Shown in pieces: positions 39,591 to 50,849 of a stretch of 64,000 nt of DNA (the stretch's first letter is position 1; every line of letters starts with the position of its first letter). The DNA lies in NCBI GenBank assembly GCA_050273025.1, contig CP158635.1, positions 15,748,001 through 15,812,000 on the forward strand, read 5' to 3'. The DNA comes from Cenococcum geophilum (Eukaryota). Below the pieces are notes generated by a model that did no database searches, was not told where the DNA came from, and was given only the letters and a program-made list of their open reading frames with translations. The translations under genes and the position numbers were made by a program.

Positions 39591-39860
39591 CTAGGTAATA
39601 TAAAAGTCAAATAGTATAATAAAAGAGCTGTATTTTATTTTAATAATAATAAGAACACTAGGGAAATGCAATAGAATATTAAGGAGGAATTGTTAAGAGT
39701 AGGGACTTATTAAGAGTAGGGACTTATTAAGCTATATCCGTTTAATTAGTATTATATTCCTAAGTCGTTTCTTATAATACTAGTAAAGGAATATAGTGCT
39801 AGGGAAGTGCGGGCCAATTAAAAGCCGAGAAGCTAAGGACAAAAATAAATCCTAGCGCTC

Positions 39861-39950
39861 TATTCCCCTAGGGGATTATTCCCCTAGGGCTTTATTCCCC
39901 TAGGGCTTTGTTCCCTTAGGGCTTTATTCCCCTAAGGCTTCATTCCCCCC
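39861..39950. repeat. About 16-bp tandem repeat x5 (tattcccctagggctt) ending in a C-run
   Basis: Directly visible; the core ccctaggg is palindromic. Confidence 0.8.
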
Positions 39951-40104
39951 CCTTTAGCGAGCGCTCTAGAATTTTAAATTTAGTACGCGTATCTAATCTC
40001 GCTTAGTTACCACTAGCTGTATATAGTAATTATACTAAAGCCATATACTTAGCTGCGGCTGTGAGGTTTCCACCCATATAATATTGCCAAATTTTATTAA
40101 CCTC

Positions 40105-40265
40105 TTTATAAACGTCCTGGATTATAGCTTTGACCGTACTAATGTCTGGAAAACGCCACCTTGATAAGGGTGTGGCCGGAGTGGGTTAGCCGTCCTCCCT
40201 ACTAACGGTGGCGAGCTTAAGTATCTTATACGTTAATTATCTCCTTATAAATACTACTAATTATC
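40105..40265 (+). repeat. Dispersed about 100-160-bp non-coding element (other copies about 20270-20370 +, 36920-37030 -, 45455-45545 -, 49605-49735 -)
   Basis: Core ...tctggaaaacgccaccttgataagggtgtggccg...gccgtcctccctactaacggtggcgagcttaag, or parts of it, recurs at the listed sites. Confidence 0.7.
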
Positions 40266-40550
40266 CTACCCCCAAACGATTACCGTTGCTTAATTTATAC
40301 GATAATTTGCTTTACATAGCCACTTAACCTCTTATAGATTTGCAGCGCCACTAAGTAAGTAGTTAATAACTAATAATTGTAACACTAATATATTTAGGTA
40401 GTAGTTAATAAAACTACCCTATACCTATAAATATAACTTAAACCATCCTTTTATAACAATATAGTTACCTATCTACCTACCTATATAATCTTTAACAGCG
40501 TATCCTTTTCTCTTATAACTTCGCTTCTAATAGTTCTAGTAAGTAAAGGC

Positions 40551-43500
40551 ATAGGTAATAATTAGTCATTTACGGTAGGCTATAGCCCCTACTATAAGGC
40601 CTTAATATTAGTTAACAGCATAACTAGAGGGTAAGTATTCTCTATAGGATAATTAATATTATTCTAATATACTTATTTATAGGAGGTAAGTAGACCTATA
40701 AACACTGACCTGCGAGGCTGCTGCTAATAGTATTATATTTAGTAGTATAGGACGTAAGTAAACCTGCGAATACTAACCTGCGAGGCTACTACTAATAGTA
40801 TTATATCTAGTAGTGTAAAAAGTAAGTAGACCTATAAATACTAACCTATGAGGCTGCTACTAATAGTATTATATCTGGTAGTATAGGACGTAAGTAAACC
40901 TATAAACACTAACCTATAAGGCTGCTGCTAATAGTATTATGTCTAGTAGTGTAGGACGTAAGTAAACCTATAAACACTAACCTATAAGGCTGCTGCTAAT
41001 AGTGTTATATCTAGTAGTGTAGATAGTAGGTAGACCTATAAATACTAACCTATAAGGCTGCTGCTAATAGTATTATATCTAGTAGTATAGATAGTAAGTA
41101 GACCTATAAATACTAACCTATAAGGCCGCTGCTAATAGTGTTATATCTAGTAGTATAGGAGGTAAGTAGACCTGCGAATACTAATTTACGAGGCTGCTGC
41201 TAATAGTATTATATCTAGTAGTGTAGACGGTAAGTAGACCTGTAAATACTAACTTATAAGGCTGCTGCTAATAGTGTTATATCTAGTGGTGTAGTATATA
41301 AGTAGACCTACAAACACTAACCTGCGAGGCTACTACTAATAGTGTTGTGTCTAGTAATATAGGAGGTAAGTAAACCTACAAATACTAACCTATAAGGCTA
41401 CTGCTAATGGTGTTATATCTAGTAGTATAGGACGTAAGTAGACCTGCAAATACTAACCTATAAGGCTGCTGCTAATAGTATTATATCTAGTAGTATAGCT
41501 AATAAGTAGACCTGCGAACACTAACCTACGAGGCTGCTGCTAATAGTATTATATCTAGTAGTATAGGAGGTAAGTAGACCTGTAAATACTAATCTGTAAG
41601 GCTGCTGCTAATAGTATTATATCTAGTGGTATAGACGGTAAGTAGACCTATAAACACTAACCTATAAGGCTGCTGCTAATAGTGTTATATTTAGTAGTAT
41701 AGGAGGTAAGTAGACCTGCGAATACTAACCTACGAGGCTGCTGCTAATGGTGTTGTGTCTAGTAGTGTAGATGGTAAGTAGACCTATAAATACTAACCTG
41801 CGAGGCTGCTGTTAATAATGTTATATATAGTAGTATAGGCGGTAAGTAGACCTGCAAATACTAACCTGCGAGGCTGCTATTAATAGTGTTATATTTAGTG
41901 GTGTAGGAGGTAAGTAGACCTATAAACACTAACCTACGAGGCTGTTGCTAATGGTATTGTGTCTGGTAGTGTAGGACGTAAGTAGACCTACAAATACTAA
42001 CCTACAAGGCTGCTGCTAATAGTATTATATTTAGTAGTATAGAAGGTAAGTAGACCTACGAACACTAACCTACGAGGCTGCTGTTAATAGTGTTGTGTTT
42101 AGTAATGTAGGTAGTAAGTAGACCTATAAATACTAACCTATAAGGCTGCTATTAATAGTGTTATATTTAGTGGTATAGATAGTAAGTAGACCTATAAATA
42201 CTTACCTATGAGGCTACTACTAATAGTATTATATCTAGTGGTGTAGGACATAAGTAGACCTATAAATACTAACCTATAAAGCTGCTGTTAATGGTGTTAT
42301 ATTTAGTAGTATAGAAGGTAAGTAGACCTGCAAACACTGACCTATAAGGCTGCTGTTAATAGTATTATATCTAGTAGTATAGGTAGTAAGTAGACCTGTA
42401 AATACTAACCTATAAGGCTGCTGCTAATAGTGTTGTATTTAGTGGTGTAGATGGTAAGTAGACCTATAAATACTAACCTACGAGGCTGCTGCTAATAGTG
42501 TTGTATTTAGTGGTGTAGGACGTAAGTAGACCCGCGAATACTAACCTACGAGGCTGCTGCTAATAGTATTATGTCTAGTAGTATAGGACGTAAGTAGACC
42601 TGCAAATACTAACCTACGAGGCTACTGCTAATAGTATTATATCTAGTAGTATAGGACGTAAGTAGACCTACAAACACTGACCTGCGAGGCTGCTACTAAT
42701 AGTATTATGTCTAGTGGTGTAGTTTATAAGTAGACCTACAAATACTAACCTACGAGGCTGCTGCTAATGGTATTATGTCTAGTGGTATAGCCGGTAAGTA
42801 GACCTGTAAATACTGACCTACGAGGCTGCTGCTAATGGTATTATATCTAGTAGCGTAGTATATAAGTAGACCTACAAACACTGACCTACGAGGCTGCTGC
42901 TAATAGTGTTATGTCTGGTAGTATAGGATGTAAGTAGACCTGTAAACACTAACCTGCGAGGCTACTGCTAATGGTGTTGTGTCTGGTGGTGTAGGACGTA
43001 AGTAGACCTGCGAATACTGACCTGCGAGGCTGCTGCTAATAGTGTTATGTTTGGTAGTATAGCCGGTAAGTAGACCTATGAACACTGACCTGCGAGGCTG
43101 CTGCTAATAGTGTTGTGTTTGGTGGTATAGGACGTAAGTAGACCTGCGAGCACTGACCTGCGAGGCTGCTGCTAATGGTGTTGTGTCTGGCGATGTAGCG
43201 GGTAAGTGTACCGCGGATTGCTCCTATATGTGACCGCTAGAACTAATAACAATTTGGAAGTAGTACAATGATTGGTATCTCGATTTCAACGATTCCTTTG
43301 CAAGAGGCTTCTACGCAGATTTTCCATCGCGTGCGCTACCTGCCACAGTGCACTGTTGTCCCTGCTGCAGCACCTTTCTAGATAATGCTATTGGGGGTGC
43401 TGCTTATAAGGCTAGCCTTTCCGATCTATGTACTTCTGCGGAAAGCTGTTCGGTCTGCGGAATGCTTCTCCGAGCATTTAAGCACTGCCGCAATGATAAT

Positions 43501-45223
43501 AACGGAAATATCGTCGTAGAGCGAATAAGCTCGGCACTTAGGGCAGGAATAGGAGGCCCGCGCCTTTTGCGGTTTTGTATGGATCCAGGTTAGTGTGTAT
43601 AACTCCTCTTATGCATTGGACAGAAACAATACTAATTGCATATCTTTGCTATAGAATACGCTGTTTACACTAATTATAACACCCTAATCGGCCTCCCAAT
43701 TCAACCTGAACCTGATAACTATGTATGATTTGCACTGCTTTGCGCATGGCTTCGTTGGTGCGATAAGTCCCACGACTGTAATAAGCACCAAGGTGAATCG
43801 AAGATAGCATTGCCAACAAGAGTCCTCTACGTTGGTGATCTAAACGATTTGGGTTATAGTTCAGATTTTATATGTCTGGTTTGTGCCTTGGAAACAAACA
43901 GGTAGGAATACATCGCATTATCTCACTGCTGGGGCAACCTCTCAGTCGAAAAGAAGAAAGGGTACTGCATAACACAGGACAATATTAGCCAACGGCTGGA
44001 AGGATTTAGTCTCTCTGAACTACCGAAGACTTTCCAAGACGCTGTTAAAGTGACCCGAGAACTTGGCGTCCCATACCTCTGGATCGACTCTCTCTGCATC
44101 ATCCAATACGAGGACAATGATGAGGACTGGAAACGCGAATCTGTCCAAATGGAAGCCGTCTTTTCGGCAGCTTATTGTACAATCGCTGTAACTGCGGCTG
44201 TCGACTCTAACGCAGGGTTCTTAGAGCGGGACGTAAACCCTAAGTCTGTCTATGTTCAAGATACCTTAGGCAAGCAGTTCTATATCAGCGCCGATATAGA
44301 TGATTTTGACAGCGATGTGGCCAAGGCTTAGCTCAATATGCGAGCATGGGTAATGCAAGAAGGGGTTTTAGCGCGACGGACTATCCACTTCAGCGCCAAT
44401 CAGATATACTGGGAGTGTGGGAAAGGGGTTTACTGCGAAAACCTTACTAGGCTGGAAAGGTACGAGCTCTACAAGACCTAAATTAAAACGCTCCTAACTA
44501 GACATCTTTCTCATCAGCAAATTTGAGAAAAAGCACTTTACGCTCGATCCAAACTTCCTAAGTTGGCTTATTGGATTAGGCAGGGAGCGTACCACGAGGT
44601 TCATTTACTTTCTCTTTGAAGACTACTCGAAGCGGGACCTTACAGTCGAAACCGACAGATATGTTGTAATATCTGGGTTACAGAATCGTATTGCAGGCGC
44701 TTTAGGATGTTAAAGCAGATACGGTGTCTTCTAGAAGTCCCTTTACAGGAATCTCCTCTGGCGGCCGTCTGATAATAAAATAAAGAAGATTCTATACAAA
44801 ACCTAGCATATGCCATTGTGGTCATGGATGGCATATAGTGGAGGCATTCAGTTTATAAAAATCCCTTACAGCAAAGTTGACTGGATTAATAACCTCCGGT
44901 TTAATAAAGAGCGTAAATAGGCACTAGTTACCAACCTAGGAGGTTTCAGGTACTGTATGATGGAACCGGATGGGAAACAGTATGCTATCTTGGATTTTAG
45001 TGGAACGAATAGAGGCTGGGTATAGTACGATGTTGAGGACGGCGAAGATATTTGTAAAGAATAATGTGTTGTTGTAAAAAGGACGAGGAATAGTAATGTT
45101 GAGAAGTACTATGTACTAGTTATCAGGCTGACCAGTATGGATGGTAAGTATGGGAGGGTTGGAGTTGGGCTGATTCAGAGTGGCTGTGTACTGAGATAAG
45201 AAACTAACGTGCGAGTAGTGTGA
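40551..45223 (+). pseudogene. HET-domain (PF06985-type, tol/het-6-like) gene whose 5' part is built from single-codon micro-exons
   Basis: Exon from 43264 (YNDWYLDF...CPCC...CSVCGML), introns 43589-43654 and about 44460-44517, HET motifs LPTRVL, YIALSHCWG, LPKTFQDAVKVTRELGVPYLWIDSLCIIQ, DWKRES..M..VFSAAYCTIA, RAWVMQE; stop at 45221-45223; several premature stops. Start uncertain (ATA at 40551 or 40530). Confidence 0.85.
40686..43201 (+). repeat. 37 x 68-bp tandem array; each unit is a 65-nt intron-like sequence plus a variable 3-nt micro-exon
   Basis: Consensus GTAAGTAGACCTGCGAACACTGACCTGCGAGGCTGCTGCTAATGGTGTTGTGTCTGGTGGTGTAG + NNN; exact 68-bp period from 40686 to 43134; non-transition variation is almost confined to the NNN. 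Confidence 0.93.
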
Positions 45224-45789
45224 ACGAAGTTGCGCTAGAACATCTGGAGGAGTGGCGGATGCACACATAGACTTAATGTCGATTTCTAGCATAGTCTGCG
45301 TATACTCTTCGTCTACTTATATGACGTTTGACAGTGAAAGATCTCACCATAAAGACAGCTGGATTAAATGAATCTAAGCAGGTTTGCTAAATGCTTGGGC
45401 GCGGGGGCGACCATTTATCGACCCTTATCCACTCCCTATACGAAACGGATTTAGTGGCAAGATAATTAGTGGTATTTAAAAGTAGACAATTGACGCATAA
45501 GATACTTAAGCTCGCCACCGCTAGCAGGGAGGACGGCCGGAGCGGGTCGGCCACCCTCCCTACTAGCGCAACGAAGGGGCAAGAACTTTGCCACGTATCG
45601 TCGCCCTTAACATTTTCTGGAAACATCTAAAATCCTAGCAGCTAATTTAACTACGATAGGCCTAATAGAAACTGCTAGGAGAGATATATACTATAAATAT
45701 ATATTGCCCTCCAGAACCTTTTATAGAATAGTGAGTTTAGAAAGGTATAAATCGTCCTATTGCTAGCTTCTTAAGAACTATACTAGCGC

Positions 45790-48700
45790 TAACTACATCT
45801 TACCTTATTAAGACGGAGTTAAAGAAATGTTATCCTACCTAATGAATGCCCTATATAGATTAAGTCTCTATTAACGGCGGTGCAGTTTGGTCAATATTTA
45901 GGGGGAAGCCAAAGGATAGCCTTCTTATTAGAACTTATTCACTCATTTTCAACAAATATAGCAGTTAGCTCTTTTTCCTAAGAAAGGAATGTCCTTAAAC
46001 AAGACTAAGGAAGAAGGATATCTCCTCTATCTGTCTTTAGATACCGGCTATTAGGCGAAAAGGCTACAGTAAGGACTAAGTTAGAATGATCCTTGAGGGT
46101 ATTGCGGCAAGACCCTATCACTACATTCCAGAACCGTATAGTGTCGTCTTTAGATGCCGACGCTATTAGCTAGCCATCTGGAGAGAAAGCTACAGCCCTA
46201 ACCCAGTCAGAATGGCCCTTAAGGGTGCCGCGGCAAGACCCCGTCACTACCTCCCACAGCCGTATATTGTAATCGTAGGATGCCGATACTACTAGCTGAC
46301 TATCTGGCGCAAACGCTATAGTAAGGACCGAGTTAGAATGGCCCTTAAGGGTGCTGCGGTAAGACCCTGTCGCTGCGTCCCAGAGCCGTACAGTGTGGTC
46401 TCCGGATGCCGACGCTATCAGCTGGCCATCCGGCGAGAAGGCTACGGCGTTAATGGGGCTGGAATGGCCCTCGAGCGTGTTACGGCAGGATCCTGTTGCT
46501 ACCTCCCAGAGCCGTACAGTGTGGTCGTTAGATGCCGACGCTAACAGCTGGCCATCTAGAGAGAAGGCTACAGTAAGGACCGAGTTAGAATGGCCCTCGA
46601 GCGTACTACTGCAGGACCCTGTTGCTGTCTCCCATAGCTATATAGTGTGGTCATTAGATGCCGACGCTACTAGCTGGCCATCTAGGGAGAAGGCTACAGC
46701 AAGGACCCAGTCGGAATGGCCCTTGAGCGTACTATGGCAGGACCCTGTCACTGCCTCCCAGATCCATACAGTGTGGTCGTCAGATACCGACGCTACTAGC
46801 TGACCATCCGGCGAGAAGGCTACAGCCCTAACCCAATCGGAATGGCCCTTAAGTGTACTGCGGCAAGCGTCCCAATTATCTTCGCCCTTTAATAGCCTAC
46901 TAATCCACCCCGGAATATGGTTGGTAAATACCTTCCGTATTATACTTATTTCTAGGGCGAAAATAAGGGCTGAAGAATAAACCTATAGAGGTGCATCTTC
47001 TAATATGGGTTGGAACCGCCGAATAAATTGCTTCGTATTATAAAGAAATCTTAAGCTAGCACTTTTATTAGACTGTGTTATAAGTAAGCATAGTAAGTAT
47101 AATAGAATGCGTAAGCCGTCTTACTTCTATAAGCGCTTATAGGCTATTAACTATAGGAATGCATTTATATGTTTCTCTAATAAGGCTTATGGCTTCTAGC
47201 TAGTAAAGGAAATACTTATAGAGGAAAAGGTAGATTAAGTCCCCGTTGTGGATATAGCGTTTTCTCTACTTTAGATGGTGCACCTAATAACAGCAAGTAT
47301 ACTATAACTTAGGTGGTAGACCGCGAGCAACTATTTGTTTATTAATCTTGCTTCTCAAAATCCCGGGTACGGCAAGGTTGCATATATTCTGCCGTAGGCC
47401 TTTTAGGCTAGATATTAGTTCAAGGCACTAAGATACTAGCCGGTTATGTATATCCTTCTCATCTATCCAGAATGGGTTCTTTCCCTGCTTTTAAAGATCG
47501 ATAAGAAACTCGCGGAAGGACAGATACAGGAGCCTTACGGGTACATCCTCTCTATAAGGAATGCTGAGAACAGAATATAGAGAGTCTAGCTAGCACCTAA
47601 TCTGCTATTAGGGAATTTGAAGAAGGTGTGCAAGTAAGGTAATAGAGAGAGGACTCCCTAAAACGATAATACTTCCAACTAGTTCTTGGAATCCGCGAAG
47701 CCATACTTCCTTGTCTTCCTCCTCCTAGTTAGCAAGTAGCTGGTTTAGGATAGGGAGATAAGTCCGCTCGAGCTGCGAGAATGTTAATCTACGGTACTGC
47801 AGAACATTTTTCAAATAACCTTCAGGATCGCTCCCTTTAGATCCAATGTACCGACAGACTATGGCAGCGAAGATAAACAATGGGACACTCAGCTCCACCA
47901 GGGCCTGGATTTGGTCTCTACTAGGCCAGTTTGGGGACAGTAAGCGCTACTGTCGTATTTCTCCGAGTTTATGCTCTAAGAAGAGGCGTATGTCATGTTT
48001 AATCGTTTGCTTCGCGACCTTATCCAGGATTAGGTCTTAGTATATGCCATCACGCATTTGTCTAAAACTAAGGCGAATGTGTAGCTTTAGTCTGCTTGTT
48101 ACAAAGACCTATAGCGACACTAGCTTAAGGCCCCTAGTTCGTAAAAGAAGCTTAAGAATTACTCATACATCTTTATCTAGCTCGCACTTATCTAGCGCGT
48201 CTATTACGACAACTAGATCTAAAGCTTAAAGAGGTACTGCTTCTAAAAGCGGCTAAAAGATTAGCTTCTCAAACTGGTCTTCTAGAGCCTTCTCGGAGAT
48301 AGCTGGATCCGCATTAATTACTTTCCTAACGCCTAATCTCATTCCTAGTACATAACCTATTAGATCTATAACAATAGTAGTAAAGAATCGTATGGCATTG
48401 CCACATTCTCCCTCGCCCCTCCTAAAGAAAAAGCTGGCTCCTAATTAACATTAGTTGGAGAATAACTGGGAAACAGTACGTGTAATTATAGACTTTCCCA
48501 TACCTGCTATACCATTTAGCCAGAATATAGGTTTGCTGCTTTTATCCCTTGCCCATTCTCTTATTCAATACAGCAACTCAGTTCGCGTGTTTAGAAGGCA
48601 TCTTGTATTATATTCCTCCATATACGAGTTAAAAGACGCTCCTTTTGCGATCAGTAGGTCAATTAAGTTATTATCCTTAATCTCTTTCCGGAGTCGATTT

Positions 48701-49401
48701 AGTGCCTTCTACCTCCCTTCGCCATAGATAAGCGGCATATAGATATTGAAAATGCCTAGTAGAGAGTATGCTGCGTCTTCTTCTCGCTTTATCTGGCGTT
48801 TGTCTGCCTAAGATATACGCTCGTTTATACTAAAATAAGATAAGGGGATTCCTTAAAGAGCTTAGATAGCGATTCCTGTTATTTCGTAGAGAGTCTGTTC
48901 TAGTAATTGCTTATTACTAAGCTATATTCCCTCCTTAGAGAAGAATTCAACTAATGCCGGAGCAATAAGTTCTTAAAGCGTCCAGCCACAGGTAAACTAT
49001 CTGCTTCTCTTAAATACCGGTTTCCATCTTTAAGAGAACCCGTCATCTTTAGCTAAATTACTAACTAAAACATCCGACAAATATACGTAGCATCTAGTCG
49101 CAGCCTAATACTAGTAGAATATAGAGTTAATCGCTTCTAAAAGCTCTGCGCTGCTTAATTTATTAATATAGCAGGTGTCAACCCAGAAGAACTGCAGGCC
49201 GTTACTAGCAGCTTGCTTCCTATAGAAGCGGATGTTGCTGTAACCAGGTTTGCTCTTACCTGTACCGTCTACTAAGTCTTTAAATGTAACCTCTTTGTGA
49301 TCTGCTCCCTAGGTATGCGAAAGAATAGTAAAGCGCGGAATGTTGCTAATAAATTCAAGCAGGCCGAATTCGCCGTTATCTTTAAGCTGTAAAAGACGCA
49401 T
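45790..49401 (-). pseudogene. HET-NACHT-WD40 NLR (HNWD / het-e-like), RIP-inactivated
   Basis: MRLLQLKDNGEF...ILSHT(W)GADHKEVTFKD...FFWVDTCYINK (HET); FWLNGIAGMGKSII (NACHT P-loop), LVVVIDALDKCE (Walker B), PLFIFAAIVCRYI; then 126-bp WD40 repeats. Confidence 0.92.
46050..46870 (-). repeat. 126-bp WD40 repeats (6 full plus 1 partial) with high internal conservation
   Basis: Anchor gatRccga at 46153, 46279, 46405, 46531, 46657, 46783; unit TLEGHSxxVxAVAFSPDGQLVASASxDHTVxLWE. Confidence 0.9.
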
Positions 49402-49872
49402 AAGAGGATTATTAGAGAGCTCTAGGTACGCAAATTATTGAAATAGACGTAAGGAAGATATATACGGGTAGGGCAGTTAAAAAACTAAGGGACTATGTTA
49501 GGCTACTAGGTATATAGAAGAGCACCTAAAGGAACGAGGTAGTGGGGTGATGGTGGCGCGGGGGGCAGTGTAAAGTGGCTGAGTAAACGAGCTTATACTT
49601 AATGTTAACGTTGCCACCGCTAACAGGGAGGATAGACGACCCGCTCCGGCCATAGCCTTGTTTTATAGCGTTTCCTAGACATTAGCGCGGTCAAAGCTAT
49701 AATCCACTTTATAAAGGAGACAGGACGTTTATACCTAAGCGAATAATAAGCCGATCTTAATAAGCGAATACACTTAAGGATCCCCTCTCCTATACCTCCT
49801 AACCGACTATACTAGCGGCGCGAAGAAATTCTGAAGAGAATACGTTAATTAGCCTAAAGAGGTAAAAAGCTA

Positions 49873-50265
49873 ACTAATAAGAGGGCGAGAAGATTTAACA
49901 AATAAGAGGGCGAGAGATTTAATGAATAAGAGCGTAAGAAGATTTAATAAATAAAAGCGTAAGAAGATTTAATAAATAAGAGCGAAGAAGATTTAATAAA
50001 TAAAAGCGAAGAAGATTTAATAAATAAGAGGGCGAGAAAATTTAATAAATAAAAGGGCGAGAAGATTTAACCAATAAGGGCAAAAAAATTTAACTAATAA
50101 GAGGGTAAGACGAGCTTAACCTAATTTTTTCTTAGGCGGTATTTAACTCCTTTTAGAACTGACGTTCCTCTAGGCAAATTTAGCTAATAAGAGGGCAAGA
50201 CGAGCCTAACCTAATTTTTTCTTGGGCGGTATTAAACTCCTTTTAGAACTAACGTTCCTCTAGGC
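49873..50265. repeat. About 24-25-bp minisatellite (about 9-10 units) followed by a 90-bp-period direct duplication
   Basis: aataagagggcgagaagattta repeated 49873-50100; 50094-50175 duplicated at 50184-50265. Confidence 0.8.
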
Positions 50266-50849
50266 ACTATTAGCTACTTTTTCCACTCCCCTATGGAAAC
50301 AAATCCCCTATAAATTCCGTTCCTGTATACAGTAACTATATCTTCTACTGCCCTGTAAGAACCGTACCCTATAGCTTCTATTCCTATACGGCTTTTACTT
50401 CTCTATAGGAATTAGTGGTAATAACTTCCACTCCCTTACGGAAACTAATCTCTTATAGCTTTTAGTTCTCTATGGGAATTAGTACCGCCGTCCTCCGTCT
50501 CTTTATAGCTTTTAGTTCCTTATAGGAACTAATACCTACGTCTTTTACTTCTCTACGGGAACTAATACTCTACGGCTCCCGTTCTCCCGTTCCTAAATTC
50601 GCCTACGTTATAACCTACCGTATAGGCCTTATTATTATAGGAGTAAGGAAGTATATAGGCTTATATCCCGTATAGGAATGGGAGCTATTTACATACTAGC
50701 TACCCGCAATTGAGGTTTTAGGAGGGCAGTAGGTACTTTAAGTTATCTAGTTATATTCGTTAGAACCTGGGCCCGTAACTAGGGATTTAATATATAACTA
50801 CCCGACTATATTTATATCCAAAATCGCAGCCGCCTAGAAGTCTTAAAAA

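Noticed and set aside
40686..43201. 68-bp array as a CRISPR array or a coding (ankyrin-like) repeat
   Set aside because: The variable part is only 3 nt, the context is eukaryotic with no cas genes, and 68 is not a multiple of 3. The splice-signal reading explains it better.
46338..48727. Plus-strand ORFs 46338-46544, 46393-46803, 47846-48040, 48044-48229, 48455-48727
   Set aside because: Antisense shadows of the minus-strand HET-NACHT-WD40 gene.
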